64,000 bases of DNA from an uncultured Bacteroidales bacterium (GCA_963732575.1 CAVTAA010000009.1:10619-74618), one strand, 5' to 3'; shown: positions 10,078 to 22,075, counted from the first letter of the stretch. Program-made: numbers and translations. Notes: generated from the sequence alone by a model not told the origin.

Positions 10078-11567
10078 CAGTATTCGTTTATCTTCCGGCT
10101 GTAGTTAGGTGCTTCACGGGTGATAGTAACGTCATGCGGATGGCTTTCCGTCACCCCGGCGGTTGTTACTCTCACAAACCGGCCCTCTTTCTTTAGTGTC
10201 GGAATATCCTTTGCGCCGCAGTAACCCATTCCTGAGCGCAGTCCCCCGAGGAACTGGTAGATAACCTCATTCAGGGTACCTTTGTAAGGTACACGGGCTG
10301 TAATGCCTTCAGGAACAAGCTTATGGATATCATCCTCCATATCCTGGAAGTACCTGTCTTTGGATCCCAGCTGCATTGCCTCCACAGAGCCCATGCCGCG
10401 GTATGTCTTGAACTTGCGTCCGTTGTAGATGATTGTCTCACCCGGAGATTCTTCCACCCCTGCAAAGAGCGATCCTGCCATGATGCTGTCAGCGCCTGCA
10501 GCCAGCGCTTTTACTATGTCGCCCGAATAACGTATCCCACCGTCAGCTATCACCGGAACACCTGAGCCGTCAATAGCCCTGGCCACGTTATAGATTGCTG
10601 ACAGCTGCGGCACACCCACACCTGCCACCACCCTGGTGGTGCATATTGAACCGGGACCGATGCCTACCTTAACGGCGTCAGCGCCTTCGTCAACAAGCAT
10701 CTTTGCAGCGTCTGCGGTTCCAATATTACCCACAACAATCTCTGTTCCCGGGAAGATCTTCTTTATATCCCTTAGTATATCTATCACACTCTTTGTATGA
10801 CCGTGTGCAGTGTCGATGGCAATAGCGTCAACACCTGCCCCAACAAGGGCCTCCACCCTTGACAGGGTGTTGGGAGCGATTCCAACGGCAGCAGCAACCC
10901 TGAGACGGCCTTTCTCGTCCTTGCAGGCATAGGGCCTGTCTTTTGCCTTTGTGATGTCCTTGTATGTCACCAGTCCCTTTAGCCTTCCCTTGTCATCAAC
11001 TATAGGCAGTTTTTCTATCTTGTACTTCTGAAGCACCTCCGCGGCAGCCGCCAGATCAGTCGAGTGACTGAGGGTGATAAGCCGGGACTGGGGGGTCATG
11101 ATCTCGCTGATGCGGCGCGAATAGTCCGTTTCAAAACGCAGATCCCTGTTGGTGACGATCCCGACCAGGGCACCATCGTCACTGATTACAGGTATACCTC
11201 CGATCTTAAACTCCTTCATCAGGGCCAATGCATCGGCGACAGTGGATTTGTCGTTGATGGTCACGGGATCAAAGATCATTACGCTCTCGGCGCGCTTCAC
11301 CTTTCTCACCATGGCGGCCTGCTGACCTATCGACATGTTCTTGTGTATCACTCCAATACCTCCCTCACGGGCAATGGCGATAGCGAGCTCTGCATCGGTT
11401 ACCGTATCCATGGCCGCCGAGACGATAGGTGTATTGATAATGACGTTACGCGTGAACTTTGATCTCAGATCAACATCGCGCGGAAGCACCTCCGAATAAG
11501 CCGGAAGAAGCAGTACGTCATCGAAGGTCAGACCTTCAAACAGTAGTTTATCTTCAGAGAATGACAT
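10077..11567 (-). CDS. guaB: IMP dehydrogenase
   Basis: 496 aa. [11 protein letters not shown]-terminus, tandem CBS insert, catalytic loop [11 protein letters not shown]. Confidence 0.95.
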   Translation of the reverse strand: MSFSEDKLLFEGLTFDDVLLLPAYSEVLPRDVDLRSKFTRNVIINTPIVSAAMDTVTDAELAIAIAREGGIGVIHKNMSIGQQAAMVRKVKRAESVMIFDPVTINDKSTVADALALMKEFKIGGIPVISDDGALVGIVTNRDLRFETDYSRRISEIMTPQSRLITLSHSTDLAAAAEVLQKYKIEKLPIVDDKGRLKGLVTYKDITKAKDRPYACKDEKGRLRVAAAVGIAPNTLSRVEALVGAGVDAIAIDTAHGHTKSVIDILRDIKKIFPGTEIVVGNIGTADAAKMLVDEGADAVKVGIGPGSICTTRVVAGVGVPQLSAIYNVARAIDGSGVPVIADGGIRYSGDIVKALAAGADSIMAGSLFAGVEESPGETIIYNGRKFKTYRGMGSVEAMQLGSKDRYFQDMEDDIHKLVPEGITARVPYKGTLNEVIYQFLGGLRSGMGYCGAKDIPTLKKEGRFVRVTTAGVTESHPHDVTITREAPNYSRKINEY

Positions 11568-11663
11568 CGGGCAGGGTTTTATTTGGGCCGAAAATTACAA
11601 AAAAATGATGAGCACCGGCACATCTTAAACGTCAATAAAACGTTAAAAATGAGATTGAGTTAT

Positions 11664-11671
11664 TAAATTTG
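11664..11671 (+). promoter_or_regulatory. -7 promoter box (TAnnTTTG)
   Basis: taaatttg, 23 nt upstream of the recQ ATG. A TTG lies about 10 nt further upstream. Confidence 0.4.
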
Positions 11672-11693
11672 TAAACAAGCAGCCTGCACTACA

Positions 11694-13604
11694 ATGTTAC
11701 CGGACATTTACAGGGAGACACTGGCCCGTTACTGGGGTTTCACATCATTCAGGCCACTGCAGGAGGAGATCATCGATGCAGTGGTATCAGGAAATGATGT
11801 CGTTGCCCTTCTTCCTACCGGTGGCGGAAAGTCGGTGACATATCAGATCCCGGCCGTAGCCCGGGAGGGACTGTGCCTGGTGATAACCCCGCTTATAGCC
11901 CTCATGAAGGACCAGGTCACAAGGCTTAAGTCAATTAATATCAAGGCTATGGCGATCCATAGCGGGATGACGCGCGAGGAAGTTGAAATATCACTCGACA
12001 ACTGTCTTTACGGTGACTACCGGCTGCTGTATGTCAGTCCTGAGAGGCTGCAGACACCCGTGTTCAGGGCCCGCCTGGCCCGTTTCAACTTTACCCTCGT
12101 GGCCGTCGATGAAGCTCATTGCATATCACAGTGGGGTTACGACTTCAGGCCTTCATACCTCCGTATAGCCGAGATACGTGATATCATTGGCAAACAGGTG
12201 CCTCTGCTGGCGCTCACGGCAACGGCAACGCCTGATGTGGTTAAGGATATCATCTCCCGGCTTACCCTTAAGAATGCCCAGGTGCTGCAGGCAAGCTTCA
12301 AGAGGACCAATATCACCTATGTAGTCAGGGAGATTGAAGACAAAAGCGCTTATGCCATACGCAGCCTTAGAAAAGAGCCCGGCAGCGGAATTATATATGT
12401 CAACAGCAGGAAAAGATCAAAGACGGTAGCTGAAATGCTGATCGCCAATGATATCGGGGCAGACTTCTATCATGCCGGCCTGCCTCAGGAGATGCGCGAC
12501 AGGAAGCAACATGCCTGGACCACGGGTGAGGTGCGTATTATCGTCGCTACCAACGCCTTCGGCATGGGAATAGATAAGGCTGATGTCAGATTTGTGATTC
12601 ATTGGGATTGCCCTGACTCGATAGAGGCTTATTACCAGGAGTCAGGCAGGGCGGGCCGGGATGGCAAACCCGCTTTTGCCGTTCTGTTATGGTCACAGGA
12701 TGAGAGGAAAAGACTGGCTGACTCTGTCCATATAAAATTCCCTCCCATAGACCGGATCAAGGATGTGTATGAAGCAATAGGTAATTTCTACCAGCTGCCT
12801 GTGGGATCTGGTAAGAACAGCGTTCACGATTTTGACCTGTGGAAATTCGTGACCGCTTTCAGATTCTCGGTTACAGAGACATACAACAGCCTTAACTTCC
12901 TTCAGAAGGAAGGATACCTTGAGTTCACTGACGAGATTAACAATCCTTCAAGAGTCCATTTCGTTTTCAGCCGCGATGACCTCTATAAATTCCAGGTTGC
13001 AAACGAAGAATATGACAGGTTCATTAAGCTCCTTCTCAGAACCTACAGTGGCATGTTCTCTCAATTTGTTCCTATTAACGAGGAAATGCTGGCAAGCAGA
13101 TCTGGCATGACGCGTGAGGCAATCTACCAGTATTTGCTTAGGCTGACTTCCCAGGGAATAATTCACTTCATCCCGGGTAAGAAAAGCCCCCTGGTGATCT
13201 TTACTGAAGAGCGGCTTGACCGGAGCCACCTGACAATATCACCTGACGTCTATCTGCGTGTCAGGGAGAACTATATTGAGAGGGTGGCAAAAATAACTGA
13301 GTACGCCGAGAACAAAACACGCTGCCGGTCTGCCTTCCTCACCAACTACTTCGGAGAAGAAAACGGCCGGTGCGGTATGTGTGATACATGCCAGGAGAGG
13401 AATGAGCTGGAACTCAGCAAATATGAGTTCGATCTTATTATTGACAGGATAAAGGAACTGCTCGCAGACAGTGCCATGAGACCAGAAGATCTGGCGGCTG
13501 CAATGGAATTCCCTGCTGAGAAAGGCACCAGGGTGATCCGCTGGCTCCTTGACCATGAGAAGCTGCAGTATGACGATGCCTTTAAACTTTTTTGGAAAAG
13601 GTGA
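11694..13604 (+). CDS. recQ: RecQ-family ATP-dependent DNA helicase
   Basis: 636 aa. FRPLQEEII, TGGGKS, VAVDEAHCISQWGYDFRPSY, Zn-finger CRSAFLTNYFGE..CGMCDTC. Confidence 0.9.
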   Translation: MLPDIYRETLARYWGFTSFRPLQEEIIDAVVSGNDVVALLPTGGGKSVTYQIPAVAREGLCLVITPLIALMKDQVTRLKSINIKAMAIHSGMTREEVEISLDNCLYGDYRLLYVSPERLQTPVFRARLARFNFTLVAVDEAHCISQWGYDFRPSYLRIAEIRDIIGKQVPLLALTATATPDVVKDIISRLTLKNAQVLQASFKRTNITYVVREIEDKSAYAIRSLRKEPGSGIIYVNSRKRSKTVAEMLIANDIGADFYHAGLPQEMRDRKQHAWTTGEVRIIVATNAFGMGIDKADVRFVIHWDCPDSIEAYYQESGRAGRDGKPAFAVLLWSQDERKRLADSVHIKFPPIDRIKDVYEAIGNFYQLPVGSGKNSVHDFDLWKFVTAFRFSVTETYNSLNFLQKEGYLEFTDEINNPSRVHFVFSRDDLYKFQVANEEYDRFIKLLLRTYSGMFSQFVPINEEMLASRSGMTREAIYQYLLRLTSQGIIHFIPGKKSPLVIFTEERLDRSHLTISPDVYLRVRENYIERVAKITEYAENKTRCRSAFLTNYFGEENGRCGMCDTCQERNELELSKYEFDLIIDRIKELLADSAMRPEDLAAAMEFPAEKGTRVIRWLLDHEKLQYDDAFKLFWKR

Positions 13605-13651
13605 TAATGCTCCTTTTCTGTTTCCGTAAGCATTTTTCAGCCTGAAATGAA

Positions 13652-13659
13652 TACTTTTG
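13652..13659 (+). promoter_or_regulatory. -7 promoter box (TAnnTTTG)
   Basis: tacttttg, 19 nt upstream of the ATG at 13678. Confidence 0.4.
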
Positions 13660-13677
13660 TCGATTATGATATAACAG

Positions 13678-14238
13678 ATGGAACAAGAGGAGAAGATAAT
13701 TTTTTCACGTCAGGTGGTTGAGTTTGCAGCTTCGGCTAATGAATACTGCAAATACATTGAGGGAATCAAGGAAACAAAAGGCATTGAAATACTGAAGGTC
13801 ATGCAGCGACTGCTGCCTTTCATTTATCTCAGGGCATCGCTGCTGCCTCTGCTTGAACCTGTCCTCGAAGACGGAAATGAAAAAGTGGTGACCGAGTTTG
13901 ACTGGACACGCATTCATGACAATCTGCTTGGAAGGATCGGGAACGATGATCCTTTTCCGGTCATTGTTGATGCAGGTGACCCGGCTGACGGACTCTATAC
14001 CGGCAGTATTGCTGAGAGCCTGGCAGATATTTACCAGGATCTGAAAAACTTCATCGTCAGCTATAAGAGCGGGAACGAAGATGTGATGAATGACGCTGTA
14101 TGGGAGATGCTTATGAGTTTTGAAGAATTCTGGGGCAAGAAGATGCTCAATGTCCTTGTAGCCATACATACCGTACTCTACTCAGTTGACGATGACCAGG
14201 AGACCAACCAACCTTCAGGCGATGACAAGGCAGTTTAA
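13678..14238 (+). CDS. DUF5063-like protein of unknown function
   Basis: 186 aa acidic protein. The family call is from memory of the N-terminal pattern FAASANEYCKYIE...LPFIYLRASLLP. Confidence 0.5.
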   Translation: MEQEEKIIFSRQVVEFAASANEYCKYIEGIKETKGIEILKVMQRLLPFIYLRASLLPLLEPVLEDGNEKVVTEFDWTRIHDNLLGRIGNDDPFPVIVDAGDPADGLYTGSIAESLADIYQDLKNFIVSYKSGNEDVMNDAVWEMLMSFEEFWGKKMLNVLVAIHTVLYSVDDDQETNQPSGDDKAV

Positions 14239-14818
14239 TGAGAGTGTCACCGATGAGGACCTGAAGAAGATGCCCGTGCTGCAGTTTGAGGGCAGGGTAA
14301 GTCTGATCGACAACATGCAGAAGTTCCGTCACGCGATGGATGAGATCAGCCGGTGCAAAATACTGGGGTTCGACACTGAGACAAGACCTTCATTTAAAAA
14401 AGGCAACAGGCATAATGTTTCTCTCCTTCAGCTGGCAGACGACCGGAATGCCTGGCTCTTCAGGCTGAACATGATGGGATTACCGCCGGAACTCACTGAC
14501 TTACTGTCCAGTAAGGATGTAATTAAGGTTGGCGTGGCTGTTCATGATGATATTAAAGCGCTGAGGCACCTGGAGCCCTTTGAACCCGGCGGATTCGTCG
14601 ATCTGCAGACTGTGGTGGCCGCACACGGAATAAAAGAACTGGGACTTAAGAAATTATCGGCTATCATTCTTGGTTTCTCAATCTCAAAGTCCCAGCAGAC
14701 CTCAAACTGGGAAGCTCCCGGACTGACCACCCCGCAACAGGTCTACGCAGCCACTGACGCATGGGTTTGCCGGCGCATTTACCTGCAGCTCAACGGAAAG
14801 GGACATTCTCAAATCTAA
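14222..14818 (+). CDS. 3'-5' exonuclease (DnaQ/RNase D-like domain)
   Basis: ILGFDTETRP (ExoI DxE), VGVAVHDDIKAL, YAATDAW (ExoIII). I chose the ATG at 14222, which overlaps the DUF5063 stop by 17 nt; the ORF is open from 14186. Confidence 0.8.
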   Translation: MTRQFNESVTDEDLKKMPVLQFEGRVSLIDNMQKFRHAMDEISRCKILGFDTETRPSFKKGNRHNVSLLQLADDRNAWLFRLNMMGLPPELTDLLSSKDVIKVGVAVHDDIKALRHLEPFEPGGFVDLQTVVAAHGIKELGLKKLSAIILGFSISKSQQTSNWEAPGLTTPQQVYAATDAWVCRRIYLQLNGKGHSQI

Positions 14819-14822
14819 GCAA

Positions 14823-16010
14823 GTGACAGCAGCCCGTATAACCCTCAAAAAGGGTAAGGACCAGTCAGTGAGACGGTACCATCCGTGGATCTTCTCGGGT
14901 GCAATAGCAACCATTGCAGGTTCGCCTGCCGAAGGTGATGTGGTGGATGTATGTGCCTCTGACGGAACCTACCTTGCCACAGGACATTGGTCTCCGGGCT
15001 CGATTGCCGTCCGCATCTTCTCTTTTATTCAGTGTGAAGCTGACAGGGAGTTCTTCAGGAAGAAGATCGGCGATGCCTTCAGGTACAGGCTGAACACAGG
15101 TACAGCAGGAAAACATGAAACTAATGTCTGGAGGCTTGTGCATGGCGAAGGCGACGGCCTGCCGGGTCTGATAATTGATATTTACGGCAGCGTGGCGGTG
15201 ATGCAGGCCCATACTGCCGGATTCTGGCAAATTCGCGGGATGATTGCTGATATCGTGCTGGAGGTACTCAGGGGCACAGTGACCTCAGTCTATGACAAGA
15301 GCGAGGGTACTGTACCCTTCATGGCCAAACTAAGCGCTGTAAACAGCTATCTGGCAGGTGAAGACGCAGGCAGCAACGCTATCGTCAATGAAAACGGTTT
15401 CAGATTCAGGGTTAACTGGGCGACGGGCCAGAAGACAGGATTCTTTATCGACCAGCGCGACAGCAGGAGCCTGTTAAGAAATTACAGCGAAGGCCGTAAG
15501 GTTCTCAATATGTTTGGCTATACAGGCGGTTTTTCTGTCTACGCCATGGCCAATGCTGCAACGGTACACACCGTTGACAGTTCATCCTCTGCCACAGCCC
15601 TGGCGGATGAGAACATCAGCCTGAATTACAACGTCGATGACCGCCATAAGTCATTCACTGCTGACGCTTTCAGCTACCTGGCTGAGATGAAGCGTGAATA
15701 CGATCTGATAGTGCTTGATCCTCCTGCCTTTGCAAAGCATCAGACGGCCCTTGACAAAGCCCTGCAGGGTTACAGGCGGCTTAATGCGATAGCCATTGAA
15801 AAGATTAAACCGGGCGGTATAATATTCACTTTCTCCTGCTCGCAGGTTGTCAGCCGCGACGACTTCCGGCGGTCAGTCTTTGTTGCTGCTGCAAATACCG
15901 GGCGAAATGTAAGGATACTGCATCAGACAGGACAGCCGCCTGATCATCCCGTAAATATTTATCATCCCGAAAGTGAATACCTCAAGGGGCTTGTACTGTA
16001 TATCGAATAG
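14823..16010 (+). CDS. rlmI: Class I SAM-dependent 23S rRNA (cytosine-C5) methyltransferase, RlmI family (PUA plus MTase)
   Basis: 395 aa. HPWIFSGAI PUA-like N-terminus, NMFGYTGGFSVYA motif I, LDPPAFAK motif IV. GTG start. Confidence 0.75.
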   Translation: MTAARITLKKGKDQSVRRYHPWIFSGAIATIAGSPAEGDVVDVCASDGTYLATGHWSPGSIAVRIFSFIQCEADREFFRKKIGDAFRYRLNTGTAGKHETNVWRLVHGEGDGLPGLIIDIYGSVAVMQAHTAGFWQIRGMIADIVLEVLRGTVTSVYDKSEGTVPFMAKLSAVNSYLAGEDAGSNAIVNENGFRFRVNWATGQKTGFFIDQRDSRSLLRNYSEGRKVLNMFGYTGGFSVYAMANAATVHTVDSSSSATALADENISLNYNVDDRHKSFTADAFSYLAEMKREYDLIVLDPPAFAKHQTALDKALQGYRRLNAIAIEKIKPGGIIFTFSCSQVVSRDDFRRSVFVAAANTGRNVRILHQTGQPPDHPVNIYHPESEYLKGLVLYIE

Positions 16011-16015
16011 TCGAA

Positions 16016-18158
16016 ATGGATGCGGCGACAAACATAAAGCTTATTGCACAAAAGCTTCACCTGCACGACTGGCAGGTTGAGAACACGTTAAGGCTTCTTG
16101 ACGACGGCGCCACAATACCCTTTATCAGCCGTTACCGCAAGGAGATAACAGGGAGCCTGAACGAAGTGCAGCTGGCTGACATACGTGACGAATATGAGAG
16201 GCTCAAAGAACTCGATAAACGCAAGGAGGCTGTCATAAAATCAATTGAAGAGCAGGATAAAATGACGCCGGAACTGCTCTCCAGGATCAATGATGCCCTG
16301 ACACTATCGCAGCTCGAAGATCTGTACCTTCCATACAGGCCTAAGAGAAGGACGAGAGCCTCCGTAGCACGTGAGAAAGGCCTTGAACCGCTTGCCTTGT
16401 GGCTGCTTGAACAGGGGCCAGGAGCGCCTGACGATGAGGCAGAGAAATATCTTACCGGGGATGTCGGCAGTGTTGATGATGCCCTGGCGGGCGCACGTGA
16501 TATTATCGCCGAAATAGTAAGCGAGAATGAGCAGGTACGCGGAAATCTGAGGATACTGTATGAACGTGAGGCTGTTATCTCATCCAAAGTAATAAAAGGA
16601 AAAGAGGAGGAAGGGAATAAGTTCAGCGATTATTTTGAGTGGTCTGAGCCACTGCGCCGCTGTCCTTCCCACAGGCTGCTCGCCATGCGGCGGGGTGAGG
16701 AGGAGGGGTTCCTCAAGCTCTCCGTCATGCCGCGGGAGGAAGAGGCTATTCAGTTGGTGGAGAAGCAATTCATCAAGGCGCATAACCCCGCAGCAGCAGA
16801 GGTGAAGGAGGCTGTCAAAGACAGCTGGAGCCGCCTGCTGGCGCCGTCGATGGAGACGGAGTTCAGAAAGGTCTCAAAGGAGAAGGCCGACGAGGAAGCA
16901 ATACGGGTTTTCGCCGATAACCTGAGACAGCTGCTGCTCTCTCCGCCACTCGGCGAGAAGAGTGTGATGGGTATCGATCCCGGTTATCGTACCGGGTGCA
17001 AAATAGTATGTCTCGACCGGCAGGGCGCGTTGCTGCATAATGATGTGATATACCCGCATCCGCCACAGAATGAAACCGCCAGAAGCGTCAGCAAGCTGCT
17101 GACTTTGGCAGACAAGTTCAGCATCGAAGCTATCGCTATAGGTAACGGTACTGCAAGCCGTGAGACAGAGGAGTTTGTGAAACAGTATCTATCTTCTCAG
17201 GGCACCATAAAAGTATACGTTGTGAGCGAGGCCGGCGCCTCAATATATTCAGCATCAAAGACAGCCCGTGACGAGTTTCCCGATCATGATGTGACTGTCC
17301 GGGGAGCCGTCTCTATCGGACGCAGGCTGATGGATCCGCTGGCTGAACTGGTGAAGATAGATCCCCAGTCGATAGGTGTGGGCCAGTACCAGCATGATGT
17401 GGACCAGGCAAGACTGCATGCCAGCCTTGATGAAGTGGTCATGTCATGCGTGAACGCGGTGGGAGTGGAGGTAAATACCGCCAGTCCTCACCTCCTCACT
17501 TACGTCTCTGGACTTGGACCGCGCCTGGCGCAGAACATTGTCGAGTACAGGAGCGAAAACGGCCCGTTCAGGTCTCGACAGGAGCTGATGAAGGTCAAGC
17601 GTATGGGCGACAAGGCATATGAACAGGCTGCCGGGTTCCTCAGGATAAGAAATGCCAGTAAATCCGCTCGATGCCTCTGCCGTTCATCCTGAAAGTTACC
17701 ATATTGTAAAGAGGATGGCTGCCGACGCCGGATGCACAGTCGCTGAACTCATACAGGACGAGGCGAAACGCAAATCATTAGTGATAGAGAAATATGTCTC
17801 ACCGGAGGCCGGACTTCCGACACTCAGGGATATAATGCTGGAGCTGGCAAAACCAGGTCGTGACCCACGGTCAGCGATACAGGAATTCAGCTTTGCCGAT
17901 ATTCATACCCTCGAGGATGTCAAAGAGGGAATGACTGTTCCCGGAATTGTTACCAATATAACCAAGTTCGGTGCCTTCGTTGATATAGGGGTGAAGCAGG
18001 ACGGACTTGTGCATGTCTCGCAGATGGCTGACAAATATGTCGATGATCCCTCAAAGGTGGTGAAGCTGCATCAGCATGTGATGGTGCGGGTGGTGAGCGT
18101 GGATATGGTCAGGAAGAGGATACAGCTGTCTCTCAAGGAATTAGGCAGCAGGCAATAG
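16016..18158 (+). CDS. tex: Tex-like transcription accessory protein (YqgF/HhH/S1 domains); one frame break near 17660
   Basis: 16016..17692 plus 17652..18158 join as RIRNAS/NPLDASAVHPESY. C-terminal S1 domain GIVTNITKFGAFVDIG. Confidence 0.9.
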
Positions 18159-18275
18159 GGTCAATGATTGCCGTAGGGCATAAAGTATTGTAGATTAATG
18201 TTATAATTAAAAATCTTTTCCCCGTAGGGGATATATTATTATAGATCAGACACATTAACTATTAATAATCCTTTT

Positions 18276-20420
18276 ATGAAAAAATCGTTCTTATTCCTCT
18301 CCGTTACGGCTATGACGCTCGTGCTGGCATCATGCGGCAAGAAACCCCAGCCCCCTGTGGCTGAAAAAATCCCGTATGTCGTTGAAAGCAATGGCAACGA
18401 ACGTGTTGACAATTACTTCTGGATGCGCCTCAGCGATGAACAGAAGAATGCCGAAACACCTGATTCACAGACTGTAAAGGTACTGGCCTACCTCAATGCC
18501 GAGAATGACTACGCTGACGCTGTGATGAAACATACCGAAGCGTTCCAGACCCAACTTTTTGAAGAGATAAAAGGGCGCATCAAGGAAGACGATGAGACCG
18601 TTCCTTACCTTGACAATGGTTATTGGTACAATACCAAATACTTCGAGGGCAAAGAGTACCAGGTGATGTACAGGCGGAAAGATGGCACCAACACACCCGA
18701 AGTGATGCTCGATGTCAACCTCCTTGCTGAAGGTCACGAATTCACCAGTGTCGGTGGCGGCTCAGTCTCGCCCGATAACAACCTCCTTGCGTACGGCGTT
18801 GACCATGTCAGCCGCAGGCAGTACACCATTTTTGTCAAGGATCTGAATTCAGGCCAGCTTCTACCTGACGAGATAACCAACACCTCCAGCCAGGGAGTCT
18901 GGGCAGCCGACAGCAAGACCCTGTTTTACGTGAAGAAGGATCCCGAGACCCTGAGGGAGGCCACTATCATGAAGCACGTCCTGGGTACCCCGGTCTCCGA
19001 GGATAAGGTTGTGTTCGATGAGACCGATGAGACATTTTCAGTATATCTGGGCAAGACAAAGAGCAAAAAGTACATTACAATCACCTCAAGCCAGACCCTC
19101 ACAACGGAGGTGCAACTCATAGATGCCGGTAAACCTGATGGTGAAGTGGTCATCTTTGAGCCCCGCTCGGTTGACCGCCTTTACTCGGTGGAACACCTGA
19201 ACGGACAGTTTTATATAATGACCAACGCTGACAGTGCAAAGAACTTCAAGCTGATGAAATGTGCTGATAATAAGATTGGTAAGATTAACTGGACAGAGGT
19301 TATCCCTCACCGTGACGACGTGCTTCTTGAAAGTTTTGAGATCTTTGACAATTACCTCGTGGCCGAAGAGAGGATCAAGGGGCTAACCAATCTGCGCATC
19401 ATCAGTCTCGCTGACGGCTATGAGCATTTCCTCGATTTTGGCGAAGAGACCTATACAGCAGGTATAAGTGTCAACCTCAACGCCGCCACAACCCTCCTTC
19501 GGTACAGCTACTCATCGCTGACCACCCCGAACTCGGTCTTCGATTATGACATGTCTGCAAAGACGAAGGTACTGCTGAAGCAGGACAGTGTCCTCGGCGG
19601 TTTTGACAGCAACAGCTACGAATCAAAACGGCTATGGGCAAAAGCTGCTGACGGTACCATGATCCCTCTGTCAATTGTCTACCGCAAGGACTTTGTGCAG
19701 GACGGAAAAGCTCCGCTGTTGCTCTATTCCTACGGCTCATACGGCGGCTCAACCAACCCTTCATTTCGCTCGTCAGTGATAAGCCTTCTCGACCGTGGGT
19801 TCGTCTATGCTCTTGCCCACATCCGGGGAGGCAGCGAGATGGGACGCCAATGGTACGAAGATGGTAAGCTGCTGAAGAAGATCAACACCTTTACCGACTT
19901 CAATGACTGTGCACGCTTCCTGATAGATGAAAAATACACTTCACCGGAGCATCTCTATGCAATGGGTGGCAGCGCCGGAGGCCTCCTGATGGGCGCCATA
20001 GTGAACATGGAACCGCAGCTCTATAACGGGGTCATTGCCGCAGTGCCATTCGTTGACGTGGTAAGTACCATGCTTGACGCCACAATCCCCCTTACGACCT
20101 TCGAATGGGATGAGTGGGGCGATCCGCGCAAACAGGAATACTATGACTATATGCTCTCATATTCACCCTATGACCAGGTGAAGGCACAGGCCTATCCCAA
20201 CATGCTTGTCACAACAGGCTACTGGGATTCACAGGTACAGTACTGGGAGCCGGCAAAGTGGGTTGCCAAACTGCGCGACATGAAAACCGATGACAATATC
20301 CTTATCATGGACGTCAACATGACTGCAGGCCATGGCGGCGCCTCAGGACGTTTTGAACGGCTGAAGACCGTAGCCCTCGAGTATGCGTTCATACTTGACC
20401 TGGAAGGCAAGGCGAAATAG
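18276..20420 (+). CDS. S9A-family serine peptidase (oligopeptidase B / prolyl oligopeptidase type), lipoprotein
   Basis: 714 aa. Lipobox LVLASCG, beta-propeller region, catalytic GGSAGGLL plus downstream D/H region. Confidence 0.85.
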   Translation: MKKSFLFLSVTAMTLVLASCGKKPQPPVAEKIPYVVESNGNERVDNYFWMRLSDEQKNAETPDSQTVKVLAYLNAENDYADAVMKHTEAFQTQLFEEIKGRIKEDDETVPYLDNGYWYNTKYFEGKEYQVMYRRKDGTNTPEVMLDVNLLAEGHEFTSVGGGSVSPDNNLLAYGVDHVSRRQYTIFVKDLNSGQLLPDEITNTSSQGVWAADSKTLFYVKKDPETLREATIMKHVLGTPVSEDKVVFDETDETFSVYLGKTKSKKYITITSSQTLTTEVQLIDAGKPDGEVVIFEPRSVDRLYSVEHLNGQFYIMTNADSAKNFKLMKCADNKIGKINWTEVIPHRDDVLLESFEIFDNYLVAEERIKGLTNLRIISLADGYEHFLDFGEETYTAGISVNLNAATTLLRYSYSSLTTPNSVFDYDMSAKTKVLLKQDSVLGGFDSNSYESKRLWAKAADGTMIPLSIVYRKDFVQDGKAPLLLYSYGSYGGSTNPSFRSSVISLLDRGFVYALAHIRGGSEMGRQWYEDGKLLKKINTFTDFNDCARFLIDEKYTSPEHLYAMGGSAGGLLMGAIVNMEPQLYNGVIAAVPFVDVVSTMLDATIPLTTFEWDEWGDPRKQEYYDYMLSYSPYDQVKAQAYPNMLVTTGYWDSQVQYWEPAKWVAKLRDMKTDDNILIMDVNMTAGHGGASGRFERLKTVALEYAFILDLEGKAK

Positions 20421-20426
20421 GACGGG

Positions 20427-21993
20427 TCAGAACCCGTAAGGCGACCTCTGCTGCGTTGATTTCATTTCTGGTTTGCGGGGAATGAGGCTCTCTTCCATAG
20501 CTGCATTCCACGCCATCCATGCGGTGATGATTGCATTGTGCCTCAGATCGGGCAACAGGAGACGCTCATAAGTGTCTGCCAGCGTGTGGTAGCCACGATC
20601 GTATTCAATCTCATCCTGGATGAACTGGAAACCCGGAAGGCCAACACGGTCAAAGCTCTGGTGATCAGTTCCACCGGTGTTGCGAATGGCGATGGTGGCA
20701 AACCCCATATCTCTCATCGGCTCCATCCACTCTTCGAAGAGCGGACGAACCAGGTTGTTCTCCTGCAGGTAAATCCCCCGGTAACGCCCGGTGCCATTGT
20801 CCATGTTGAAATAGACAGAGAATTTGTCGAATCCGGGCTTCTTCTCGTTCTTCTCCCTGTCAAACAGGTAGGCTGAAACATAGCCGTTTGACCCGATGAA
20901 GTCCCTGTTCTTCGCCTCCCCAGAGAGCAATACGAATAGTCCTCCTGGGCTTGGCATCAATAGCCTTCAAAATCCTGAGAGCCTCCATCATGACTATGCA
21001 TCCTGATGCATTGTCTGCGGCGCCGGTGCCACCATGCCATGAGTCAATGTGAGCGCCGAGCAGGACCACCTGGTCCTTAAGCTTCGGATCAGTACCTGGT
21101 ATCTCGGCAATTACGTTGTATACTTTTTTACCGGGAATGAACTCAGCCCTGATCTCAACCTCAATCTCAACCTTCTCACCGCTTTTGATCATGCGCTCCA
21201 TCCTGCCATAAGGCTCCATGGGTATGCTTATCTCAGTTACCGGGGGTTGCCCGGCACCGTCATACGATTCACCTGATGATCGCGGGAGGTTGAAGGCATT
21301 GCCCTGGTTGATTATCATCGCCACCTCCTCGGTGCGAAGAAACTCATTGATCTTGTTGCGGAGCTCCCGCATGGCCGCCCAGTCCCCCATCACCCTGCGC
21401 GACGGAGTGCCGCCTGCGGTAACTGTAGCGATATCTTCAAGATCCTCTTCCGTGAGCCTTTTGGCAAGGGGCTCAAAGCTGACCTCATACTGTGACGAGG
21501 CAGGTGACATAATTATCTTTCCCTTCAGTTTGCCGCGGTACTTTTCAATATCTTCAGCCGTTTTGATATCCACGAGTAACACTTCACCCCTTATCAGGCC
21601 GTTTGTACCTGCCGTCCATGCTGCAGGTGTGACTGAGAAATTGCTGTAATAGGGGGCGGTCATTGCCGCATAGGCCTTTGAATAGTCCCATCCGCCACGC
21701 GAGAACTCGCCCGCGACCTCAATACGGACATTCGCCATACCATACTCTGCCAGCCTGGCCCTGGCAATCTCGTTGGCACGGTCAAGGCCTGGTGACCCTG
21801 TCAGACGCGGTCCGGCAAGATCGGTCATTATGAATGCCAGTTTTTCAATATCAGAATTTCTCTGGCCCTCCTGCCTTATCCTGTAAACCATTGAGAGGTC
21901 CACAGTAACATCCTGGGAAGCGGCGGGTATGACCATAATCAGCAGGAGAGCGGTGATCAACGCACTTCTTGCGCAAGTGAAAAGGTTTCTCAT
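20427..21993 (-). CDS. M28-family zinc aminopeptidase with PA-like insert; one frame break near 20895-20905
   Basis: Signal peptide. HIDSWHGGTGAADNASG and WGGEEQGL / GSNGYVSAY metal-ligand motifs. The pieces 20860..21993 and 20427..20960 overlap. Confidence 0.8.
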
Positions 21994-22067
21994 TTTTTTT
22001 GCAGATTAAGCGGAATAAATATACTTTCATATGTTATACACAATGAAGCATTAACATTAATTAACCT

Positions 22068-22075
22068 TACTTTTG
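22068..22075 (+). promoter_or_regulatory. -7 promoter box (TAnnTTTG)
   Basis: tacttttg, 19 nt upstream of the mutS2 ATG. Confidence 0.4.

Noticed and set aside
18170-18232. Direct repeat of CCGTAGGG (18171 and 18222) in the tex-peptidase spacer
   Set aside because: It is only 8 nt with two copies in an AT-rich spacer, which is too little to distinguish from chance.
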